Shown: in pieces, positions 23,501-35,500 of the stretch | Position numbering within the stretch: position 1 is the first letter of the stretch | Layout: every line of letters starts with the position of its first letter | Source of the DNA: Klebsormidium nitens | Lineage: Eukaryota > Plantae > Klebsormidiophyceae | DNA: 64,000 nt | Direction of reading: 5' to 3' | Assembly (NCBI GenBank): GCA_000708835.1 | Contig: DF237127.1 | Location: forward strand, 1 to 64,000 | The notes under the pieces: model-generated | Seen by the model: only the letters and a program-made list of their open reading frames with translations | The model's database searches: none | What the model was told of the DNA's origin: nothing | Program-made: the position numbers and the translations under genes

Positions 23501-26500
23501 GACTCGTCATGTAGGCGTCGCTGGAGTTGGTGGCTACTTTTACAGTCTGTGGATCCGAGTGCAAGGCTACGAATTGCTTATCGAAGCAAGGGTACGTTGT
23601 TCTCGGAGCCTCACGGGCCTTCAGCTCTTTGGACGGATATACTATCGGTGCAGAATCTACACGGTTATCGGTGACCATGACGATGATGACGTCATCGTGA
23701 CGTCATCATCCCACCTGTTGGCAGGATACACTAAGCCTTGAGAGAGGAGTAGATCGAGCCTAAAGGGCTGCTTGTGGATCAGCGCAACATTCAAACGACC
23801 AAGAACTTGTTGAAAGATAGTTTTCGCAGACCACACCTATTCAGAGGGAGGCAGAATAGGATATGTACTAACAGGAAGGCGCGTTGCTTTAGATAGCAGA
23901 AACTGATCTGGAAGGGAATGGACCTTCAGACGCCCAGCTCTCTAAGGCCTCACAGGTACAAGCATTGTGGCCTTGAGTCGATGAGCTCCTGCCACACCGC
24001 GTTGCTTTCGGGTTGTATTCCTCCAACCATGGGCAGACAAAAACAGCAGTTGGTAGCGCTCCGCGAAATGAAAGCTCGACGAAATAAACCTTGCTCATCA
24101 GGGCTCCAACTGAAAGAATGAATCGCAAGCTCAGAGTCCGAAGCGCCACCACTCGAGTAGCTGGGACTTGAACGGTTAGCGTTCGGACGCTGCCGTCCGC
24201 AAAAATGCAAAGCAGGTACCGTACATTGAGCGAATACCCAAATCGACGACTCAGAAAGTTGTTAATGGTCCGCGAGTATGCGCCACGTCAAACCGAGTGA
24301 GATCTTTAAGCGCAATCTCAAACGTTGAAAGATCTCAAACAGCTGGAACCCAGTCGGCATCAGTTTTCGAAGGCTTGGAAGGAACCGAAAAGGCGGTTAA
24401 GTGCCGCAGGATGTCCTGAAACCATTCATGGAGCCTACCTCAAATAGCTGGTATTCGGACGGCATCAGCTTTCGGACGTCGCTGTCCGCGAAGACGCGTC
24501 CGAGGAAGTCCAGCAGTTCTTGACAGTCCGCCGCATCCTCCACGCGCGACTGGAGCGCCGCAAGAAAGTCCTCCCACTCCTCCATCTCGCCAGCCATGCC
24601 GCCGCAGAACGGATTGCGCGTCAACTGCGCAAGCTCGGCCTGCAAATTGCGCGAAATTCGCTCAAAAAAAAGGAAATGCCTGAAGGGATGGAAAAGCGGG
24701 AACTCCCTCAAGGACCGGCCCACTTGAGATGCTCGGCTACCGCCCCCTTTTTCACATCCAATCGAACCTTTCGCTAGTCCATCTTCATCCTCCCAAACCA
24801 GTTAACAAAATCTAGCACAAGGAAGTGAAGTGTGATGAGTAGTACGATAATGATGAAGAGATCCCACCTGACTCTTGGCAATGCGCCGTATCAAAATGGG
24901 CAAGCCCCCCCAGAACGGGCCACTCAAAGCACTGCGCCAATTCTCCCGTTCCACTTAGCACTAGGCATACTAAAACTTTACCCATCTTGAGAACCAGTCA
25001 AAAAGGTCCAATCTTGACGATAGGAAACTCCTTCAAATTGCTCGGAAACACGCCTACCTGACTCTCAGCAAACCGCCGCATCAAAGCGGGCAGGCCCCCC
25101 AGAACTGGCCACTTGATGTGCTCCGCTAAACCCGCCGCCTTCACCTCCAAGTACACGTTCTGCCAGTCCATCTTCATCTTTTGAAGCCGGTCGAACAGCA
25201 CGGACTCCTCCCTAGCCACCGCGAAGGCCGCGTCCGCGGCCGCGTCGAGCGTCCGAAGGGGAAGGCCGAGCAGGGCGGTTACGGACACCTGGCAAAACGC
25301 GGACGGTTCGGTGAGCTTATACTGAAGGCTTATAGGAGATCGGACAATGTCGCCTCACAGTGAGTCTCCTGGGCAAGCTCAATTTTGCGTCCGCGCATCG
25401 AGCGTCCGAAAGGGAAGGCCGAGCAGGGCGGTCACGGACACCTGTCTAAACGCGGACGGTGCAATCAGCTACAAATAGAACCCAACGTCGACAAATAGAG
25501 TAGAGTCAACGCACGATGTAATAGAACTTGCACCAGCAACCTCGGCAGGTGTCCGAAGGAACCCTCGCAATCCGGCTACTCAGTCTGCAACTTCGGACAA
25601 GTTGGTCGGGTTCGGGCGTCTGACGCAGAGCACAGCCTAAAGAACGCGCTAGCAAGTGAGTGCAACTCGCGCATCACCTCTCCGGCCAGCCCGAGCGCTC
25701 TCTGGAACTGCGCGAGGTGGCGCGGGCGGAGGCAGCCGTCGCAGAGGCGCGTGAGGACGGGCAGGATAGCCTGCCACGTGGCGACCCGGGATTGGAGCTG
25801 AAGCGCAAACCTGCGGCAGAAAATCCAATCCACCTGAGGACTCTTTTCATTGAGAAGAGTAAATCGAAGAGCAACCCGTGCAGTAAGGCTGCGGATGAGA
25901 TCACAGCGCAAGGGTAATAAGATCTTTGGCACGTCTTCTCATTCAAAGGAGAGGAAACCATGTGGGCGAACTTCTACATTGAACACCAATCAAATCGCCT
26001 TCCTCGGGTTCAACGAGTGAAATTCGCGGAAAAATCTTTGTTCAACGTTCGCGCGTAATGTTGACCCTGCCAACAACGAACATCTGCCTTGGAGAATTTG
26101 TAACGAAACCACAGAACGGGTACATTGGTGAGGGGCACACTACAGGGAAAACTTAGGTCAACAGAGCAAGGGAATTCAGTTCACCGGAACAAGGCAAAGG
26201 ACAGAGTCACTTAGTCAAATTCGCACAAAGCCGATGAAGAGAACAGATACAACAATAGAACAGAATGATCTGACAGAAGGACCTGAAAGTGAGAGAAGGG
26301 CCTCACTTTTGCTCCGCCGGGGTGTTGGTCCCACTCTTCGCTTGATCCCCGTCCTGTTTTAGAACCAGTACCGCTCGGAGCTCATCCTGCGTCCTTTCCA
26401 CCGCCGCGCGCACCTCCCCCCCGGAGAGAAAGTCACCAATCCTCAACAACGGTGCTACGTCAGCTTTCGCGACGAAAGCGGACCATTCACACAACGCATC

Positions 26501-29500
26501 CCACAGGCGCACTTTCCTCTGCAGGACCTCCTCGCACGCGGCGAGAAAGTGCTGTATGCGCCGGTCGGGGTCGTAGCCCAGCAGCGCGTACTGCTTCTCA
26601 CAGTTGTTTGCGGACGCGCGGAGGGCGTCCAGGCGGCGCGACTTCTGCGCGAGCGCGTCGCGCGCGCGGGGGGGGGACGCGTCGGGATCGACGAATGCGC
26701 CGACGCGCAGAGAGAGGAGCTCCTGCAATTGAGATTGGGTGCTTTCAAAACCCCTGGGTTTTTGAGTTCGGGCGAGCAGCCGTTTACAGGAGTTAAGGGG
26801 CTGGTCAGGGTGGATCTAACAGGCTGCCTCTTGCAAATATTTTGTTCCAATTGAACTTATATGTGTAACTGTGAAATGCACAGTGATTGATGACCGGCCT
26901 GTCTGCTACACTCTTTGCAACTCCGGAAAGTTTGCGAATCAGGCACAATCCGTTTTCGCTGGTTCTGAGTAAGGATTGTTGAGACTAACGCGACAAAGTG
27001 CTAATCGATCGTTTACGAATCGTTCTGCTAAGAAAGCGTCCGTCGATCCTCCATCTACTCTACTGATCTTGGTACCTTTCAGAGAAGGAGATCCGCACAC
27101 AGACGACTCCCACAAATCTCATCACCTTTCAAAAAGGGCAACGCAAACGCAAACAGCAAAGGCGCTCCACTCTAAACGTACTGCAACATTTCACGCGCCA
27201 GTCGACGTCGGTAAACATAATACACTTTGCCTGACTGAATTCACGACTATCCATGTACGAGACTCAACTAAAGCATGCTTTTCTGCGACACGACCCTTCA
27301 GCGGAATCTAGCCCCCTTCAAAGAGCACAATCACACCTGCCGAATCTGTTCACACAGCTGCGTGGCGCTCCGGTCGAGCGCCCCGTGTACCGCCTCCGCT
27401 TGCTTCTTGATGTGCGCGCGCGTCACCTCTCCCACCGTCACGTATTCCTCCTGCGTGTCTTTCAGGGCGCGCCACGCGGCCGCGACCTGCGCGCTTTTGG
27501 ACGCGGCCGGGTCCGGGATCTGAAGGAAGGGTTGAAGAAGGGTTAGAAGGGGTTTAGATTTGCTCTCGAAGGTATTCTCGAGGTCTTAAAAAGAGGGCTT
27601 TCAGCAGAGTGCTCAAAGATAACCTAGATTCTGATCTCGAAGATGCATTGTACAAAAGTTCCACTTTCAAGGGTCTCTTGTAGGTCATTGCTAGCGGCAA
27701 CGATTCATGATGTCGGCGCGGCATTGAATCGGTTTTCCGGAGACCGGATTGAGGATGGTGACGTCCTGGTTTTACATCAAAGAAGATTGATTCAATGAGT
27801 CTTCTCTGCGCTAACAGATCCTCCGTGGCCCCGATCGCGTCCACGTCAGCCTTGAGCCGTTGCGCGGCGTCCCCTTTTCGCAATAAGCGGCGGAACGGTC
27901 TCCAAATCAAAGCACCAAAATAAACTGCACTTTTGAACAGGCTAGAAAGTCAAGAGCAGGAAGGATTGGATTAAACACGGTTACCTGCGCGAGCAGATCT
28001 TTCCTGGCTCCGATAGCGTCCACGTCAGCCTTGAGCCGTTGTACGCGTCACCATCGCGCCACAATCGAAGCCAAGAACACTACAGCAACGCTTAAACATT
28101 CTACAAAGAAAAGAGCATTGAAGGAATCGAGTAAAGACTGTTCCCTGCGCCAATAGATCCGTCATGGCCCCAAATGCGTCCACGTCAGCCTTGAGCCGTT
28201 GCGCGGTGTCGCCTTTCAAGAATCGGCTCTCCAATCAACTTGCAACCAATAGTGAAACTCTGAGAAAGCCTAAACATAAGATAAGAGAGCAGGAATGGGC
28301 GGGACATGAGAAAACCTAATCATGAAGATAAAAGAGCATAAATGAAGGGGACAAAACATTCACAAATCTTGCCTGGGCTAGCAGATCTTTCATGGCCCCG
28401 ATCGCGTCCACGTCAGCCTTGAGCTGTTGCGCGGCGTCCCCCTTCGCGAGGTGTGGTTGGACCGCCTCCACAAACTTTAGGAACGCCTCTAGTTCCACGG
28501 GCATGCTGCGCAGCTGGGCGATCGCAGCCTCCATGGTCGACTTGCAAGCCTGCAGACCGTACACTGGCAGCTTTTAAATGTATTAATAGGAGGTTATTTG
28601 AAGATACATAAGTCCCGGGCACCTCAATTAAAATCCCTAACCCAAACATTACGCGCTGCGCACCCGCACCCACCCTAACCCCCAAACTAACCCCACCCGT
28701 CCCCCGGGTGCTCACCTTAAAACAATCGGGTATTAGAATCGCCAGTTACCGGAGTCAGACCAGTCGGTACATCCGTTCCTGGCTTCATGACACAACCGTC
28801 CTTCTGCCCCGACACCGCCTACTAAAGCCTAATTGGGGTGGTGTCAGGACAGAAGTTCGTAAAGGCGGGGACGACCCCAATTTGATTGCCCAGGGGCCTC
28901 TGTGGTAAATCTGGGGTCCTCATATGCGGTTCGCAGGGAGCAATAAATGCGATCCCCATCGTACGGTCCGGAAGATGAAACTTGGGGCTGCCCCATCAAT
29001 CGACAGTTCTGAAACGCTTTGTTTGCTGGGCCCATACGTATGCACGATGAGTGTAATAACCCGTTCAATCTCGACGAGCACTCCGTCTCCTCGAAATAAG
29101 GTCACTTTGCAAGTATCTTATTGGTACTTGTTTAGATAGTACTCACAATTAAGATAGTACTCACAATCAGCATTCAATTTAGCGTTAGAAGTATGCTCTC
29201 TCACCTCGATCTTCTTCTTGAGCTCGTCTCCCATAAGCACAGCCAGCCCATGCAGAGTCGCCCCCGCTAGAGGCAGCAGCTTGGCCTTCACTCTCTGCGT
29301 GTCCACCTGCGCGAGCGGGAACCAGCCGAAATCAGCGAAACGGAAAGTGGGTCAGCAAGCGAGACCAAAAGGGATCAATGAAACCACAAACTGGGTACCG
29401 CCAGCCCATGCAGAGTCGTCCTCGCAAAATCCAGCAGCTTGGCCTTCACATTCTGCGTGTCCACCTGCGAGCGGAAACAACGGAATCAGCGGAATCCTCG

Positions 29501-32500
29501 GAAGCAACGGAAATACAGCGGAATTGGAGATTGGTTGCCGCTAGCCCATGCAGAGTCGCCCCCGCTAGAGGCAGCAGCTTGGCCTTCACCTTCTGCGTAT
29601 CGACCTGGGCGAGCGGAAGCAACGGAGTCAGCGAAACGGAAAGTGGGCACCGCCAGCGGAACGTCAAAGTCTTTTCCATTCGGGGTTCGCTTCGGCCACT
29701 GCCGCTCTTACTCATCTACATGATCCGAACTTAGTCCATCACGTAAATGAAACGTCTTACACATCAATACAATCCAAGCTTACAGCGCATTTCAGGCATG
29801 CTGCACGTTTCAGGTACCTATTTAGGTCTAACTTAGAACTTAGATAGGACCTGATTTAGTACCGCGCTACGACCCGACGAAGCTAGACTATATTTGCGTT
29901 ACCAATCAACTTAGGCCTTGGTCGGGCCATTCAGCCCAAGACCAACTTAGTTGACATGTAACGCAGGCCTAAGATCGGAGGACTTAGCTTAGTTGATTGG
30001 TAATGTTGATCTTACATTGGTCCTATCGAACTTCTAGATTGGACCTAAATAGGTACCTCAAACGTGCAGCTTGCCTGAAATGCGCTGTAAGACATCATGC
30101 TTTCGGAAGTTGATAATATTCCCTTACCATGAGCAGTTCCGTCGCGAAGCTCGTCTTGGCCTTTTGCACGGCGACCAGCCAGCCCTGCATCCGGCCCGCG
30201 TCGCGGCAAAAGTCCGCGGGGGACGGATTCGACGCCTGCGCCCAACGAAAACGAAGCATGACGTCACGACCCGAAGAATGTCACGACACCTCAGGAATAA
30301 TAAAATTTACGAATAGTAAGATCGAACCAGACACGAGATCCCTGACATATTTGAACTACCTGCTCCGCACCTAGCCGTATCCACCTTGAACCCCCAAAGT
30401 AACCCTTCCCGTCTCAGGCTGGTGATCTTTCTATTCAAAAGCTTACTAATCTTAAAGTGTCATTGGTTGTCGAAAACCTCACCAGGTATCCTACGGGAGT
30501 CCACTGCGTTGCGAAGTCGCACTGAGCGCGCGTGCTGACGTAAGGGGCCACGGCCTCGCTGGCGACGACTCGTTCCACGTGGCACTGGACCGAGTCTCTC
30601 AGCCGTTGGATGAGGCCTTCCAAGTCCACCGCTTCGCAGACGATCGCCTGCGGAAAGAGAGTGACCGTCTGCGCATCAGTTCGTAGAATGACGATGCGAG
30701 CCCAGTTTAATGACGTCATCAGCTTTACTCCATTAAAGCAGCCGTTGGATACGGCTTCCAAGTCCACGCTTCGCGTACAATTGCCTGCACAAGGGATAAT
30801 CAAAGCGAAAAGCTCAGAAGTCGATGACATTGTATTCTATCGGTGCTCGAGCCGTGCGAGTTTAAATTGCGCTGCGCGGAAACAATCCTATCTAATCTGC
30901 CGTGAGCGCAATGTTTTGCTAGACCCTGCCGGAGCGCACCAAAAGCGAAACGCCAACGTCTGGACAGAAGGCTGACTTGAGACCGCAACGGGCCGCTCAA
31001 TTCCTTTGACGAATTGCCGCCACCTGACCGAGTGATCGAGCTTCAGATGCTCATCGTCAGACCGGAGGAAAACAACCTCTACCGCGGTGCTGCTCTTTCG
31101 CGGAAGTGATGAATGCGCGGGCGCCGCTCAAGACGACTTATAATCACCAATTGCAATCCGTTGTAAAAGGGGCACCCTCCGCTTTCCTCTAACGATACGC
31201 CATACCTCTAGGCGGTGGTGTCGACTTGCACCAGACATTGAAGTTTCCGCAACTCGGCTTTTGGATGCAACAGAGGTACCCGATCCGAGTTTCCTATCAT
31301 CGGTTGCACTTCGTTTGCAAAAGGCAGCCTTGGACAAGCCATCACTCTCCAACTAACAGAAGCCCATGCTTTCGCGCGGTGCCATTTATATGAAATCATC
31401 TTCTCACCTTTGGACAAAGGCAACTCACCTCTGGATGCGCGACCGCTGCTCGGCTCAAATTCCCCATCGCCGGTTGCAGCTTGCTTGCGAGGAGCAAAAC
31501 CAATCTGCCTAAGCCCACCTTCATTCGTCAGTTCTAGAACGGGGACACTGAAATGTGGGCGGGGTGCATCCGTTTTGCGTTTCAATGGAGTCTTTGGTTC
31601 ACCTTTGGATGCGAGAATGGTATTGGACTCACGTTTCCCATCACTGCTGGTGGCTTCTTCGCGAATCTGTAACTTTTCGAACCAACCACCACCTTATTTG
31701 AGAGTTTGAAAGGGTAAAGTTGTTAAAAATGCAGCTCACAAATTTCTCACCAACTTTCCGGCTCACCTTCGGATACGCGAGCGCTACTCGGCTTAAGTTT
31801 CCCATCACCGGTTGCAGCTCTTTCGCGTGGGTCAGCCTCACAGACCCGCTCGTAAGCGCGCGCACGATCCCCTGGAGCACTCCCTCCAGCATCTGTGCCA
31901 CGTCAGCAAACGACGGGTCGAAGACCACACGCGTGGCGGGTTCCGAGTGGCCCGCTTCGACACCCTCATTCGACGGAGACGGGTTCGACGGCTCTTGGGG
32001 CGGGCTTTGGATTGTTCGTGTCGAAAGCCCCACCGGTTCCAAGGATGACTTTTGGAGAGACGGCGTTTGAGTAGCAGAGGATTCCCCTTTGGCTGGGACT
32101 TCTAGCTGAGCTCGAATGCCATTCAGCCGGTCGTTGATACTGCTGCTAATCCTCGATGACGTTAGCTCCTGGTCAACGGCTGACGTTATCACTCCCTCCG
32201 TTGTCCGGACTCTCGGATCGACGTCCATGTCTGAAGTCAGTCCCTCATGGTCCAACACTCTGACCGCGAGCGACGCTTGCCCCAGGGTGTCGCGGCCGGC
32301 CGCGGGGAGTTCGGGTGCGGGGTTTTGAGGCGCGGCTGCCGCGGCCGGGACTTGCTCCACCGACGCGCTGAGGTGAAGCAGGCCTCGCGGCCGCGACGTG
32401 GCCACCGCCTGCAGAAAAATCACCAGACCGTAAGAGGTTTTGATTTTCAATTGCCCTATCGCATCTCACACTTTGTAACGTACAGAGCCTCATCTTGAAG

Positions 32501-35500
32501 AGGCATCCTACGTATCATAACGGACCAGTGCTGCTCAAATTTCCTCATTGTCACAAGTCCACGCTGTTTGGAGCTTGCACGACGAATCGCCGTTGGTGGT
32601 ACGTCCTGAACGGGCTTGTTTTTGTGAGGTCGCGCTTAAGTTTGCCGATTCTGACACTCTGCCCCACAATGGCAACAACCAAACGCGTCGAAAAGAACGA
32701 GCGAGGGGTTTTGCGTGCAGATCACCTGAGGCAAACAGAGGGGGAAGAAGATAGATATATAAGAGTGTTTTTCAAAAAATTACCCTGACGATAATCATCA
32801 CACCGAGCATGATTATGATAAACTGATCATGATAGCAACGAAGAAAAAAGTAAAGACTTGGAAAGACCGCGGCTGGGAAAATCGAAGCCTCACGTCCAGA
32901 TACAGCTGACAGTGCGTCCTCGCCGCCTGCACCACTTCCCCCAGGAGAATCGCGTCCGCGCACCGCACGAAAACACCGAGGTTTCGGTGGTGCCAGAGCG
33001 CGCGCGCGCGCGCCCGCTCCTGGTCGGCGCGCTGCTGCTTGAGGTACGAAGTGCTCTCCGCCTTCCAGCTCTTGTCCGGGAGCTCAAACTTTTTCAGCCG
33101 CTTGCTGGCGGACTGCTCGGGGGGGGCGTTCGCGGCGACCACCTCGCGAATAACGGCCTTGCAACAGCTGCGCCGGAAAGAAACGATTGGGAATAACAAG
33201 AAATAGCTTGATTGACATAAGGATTGGCCAAGAGCTCGAGATTCGCTTTTGGCGGAGTGCTAAGGGGGGGCGTTCGCGGCGGCACCCTCACGCACGACGG
33301 CCTTGCAGCAGCTGCGCCGAAACGGCCACCAAGGGAAAGAAGCTTTTCATGACCGAGAAAGAGTATTGACAGATAGAAAATCTCTTGACGGTGGCTTAGA
33401 TGACTCCCTTGCTGGCGGAGTGCCCGGAGGGTGCGGCCGCGGCAACCCCGCGCACGAAGGCCTTGCAGCAGCTACGCCAGGGAAAAAACGGGGGAAAACG
33501 AAGATCGCTTGGAATTATGTGAAAGACAGTCTACTGTCGACTGTGGCTGAAGGGGCCGCTTGCTGGCGGACTGCTCGGAGGGCGCGTTCGCGGCGACCAT
33601 CTCACACACGACGGCCTTACAGCAGCCGCCCCAAAAGTTAACAGAAAAGTTGAGCTCATGATTCGGAAGAACGATCAACTTCTTCGTAGAATATTGGAAG
33701 ACATGCTTGATAGAGAGAGGCTTTGCACGAAGGGGATACCCCCACATTCGACGGCTTCGCAATAATACCCCGGCAATAAGACGGCGTCAAAAGTGTACTG
33801 TACCAGAGAGGCGGAGCAACTTCTTTGGAGATAAACTCGAACGATGGAAAGGAACAGCCCCATCGTTGCAAGGACACAGGACTACTGATGTAATCTCTTC
33901 CAACTCGGTCTAATGCGGACTCTTGAAAACCCCGAAGTGCCTCAAATCTGATAACCAGAAAGTAGGCAGGAGGACAAGGAAGCAAGCGAGGTTGAAGCTG
34001 TCTGCCCACTTCTTTGAGCTTGTAAGGAAGACCGAAACACTGTAAGGAAGACCGAGACCTGTTGGTCCCAACCCAGACTGGGCCAATCCATGAATTTTGA
34101 AAGACAAGGAAGAGGCGAGGTCGAAGCTGTCTGCCCACCTCTCTACTTCTTTCAGCACTTTGGAGGCGACCTCCTCCGCGGCCGCGGCCGCTCCCTTGCA
34201 CTCGCTGTCGCGCAGCGAGTTGAAGTGCTTCTCGTGATACGGCGGCGGGCCGAATCGGGACAATAGCGAACCAATAGCGATCTGCAAGGCAGGATTTCAG
34301 TGTAAGAGAAAACCTTCAAGCTGTCACCTTGCCAAACCAGTAAATGGTGACTTGAAATGAAACCTGATCCGGTCTTCTCATTCGTTCAGTGTAAATCTTA
34401 GTTGAAGTGTGTTTCGTGGTACGGGGGCGGGCCGAATCGGGACAGCAGCGACCCTATAGCGATCTGTAAAACGGTGCTCAATGGGTTTAGGGTGTTCTTG
34501 ATTCCCCAGCTTGCCAAATCAAATAGTCCGTTTCACAGGTGTTGGAAGTGTAATTTGTGGTACGAGGGCGGGCCGAACTCGGACAAGAGCGATCAATAGC
34601 GAACAGTAAAGCCGCCATGATCGTTGTTATACCTGTCAGCTTGCTGGAAAAACATAATTAAGTCCTGTTTTCTCGAGTCCATTGCAAGGCGGGACAAAAT
34701 GATTGGAAAGATGCTTGAACCTCTTTGATGTATCATTAAATTCTTCAGCGTGGGCGCTTCGCTATTGTCTCTCATATCTTAATAGAGGCAGGTCTTCCAG
34801 CGGAGGCAACCGCATATTCTGAATTCTCTCATATCTCTATTAACTGAGAACACACCGACACCTTGACCTAGAGGCATGTCTTTGCTTTTTCTTTTCGAAT
34901 TCGCTAAGAGATAACTTAGTCACACCGATTGCAGATATCCTTGTGTGCGGCCGGGGCTCTTTTAAACGATCCTTGCACGGTCAACACAGTCGACGGTCAT
35001 ATTCAGAAAACCGTCCGTAGAACCCGACTAGAGTGCAGTTGATAGCCAGCTCACCTGACAAGTCAGGGGACATTCAGTCAAGAGAGCGTCAAATCCAAAT
35101 CAAAACGGTGAGTGGATTACACGAGAAAGGTAAAGCAGATTCTGACTGCTCACATTCCCTATGCGTGTCGCTTCCGCTTTGACATTGAGGAGCGCCGTCC
35201 GGAATCGGTCCGAACTGCAGATCAGGAGCTTCTCCTGGACGACCGCGCTCGCGGCCGCGAACCGCTCCCGTCGGCCCAGCGTTCGCCACGTGTTGAAAGC
35301 CTGCCAAGGCGGGGCGACGTCTCAGACACATCCATGGCCTTTCATGTTGTTCAGAAGCAAGCTGGTTGCTTGCAGATTGCGCCTCTCTTCAAGAAAGCTT
35401 TATTCTGGAGATTGTCTCGTGAGTCTGATTAGCAGAAAAGAGATCTTTTTACGACCGCGGCCACGCGAAAGTACGCGGATCCTCATGTGTAAAGGCTTTA

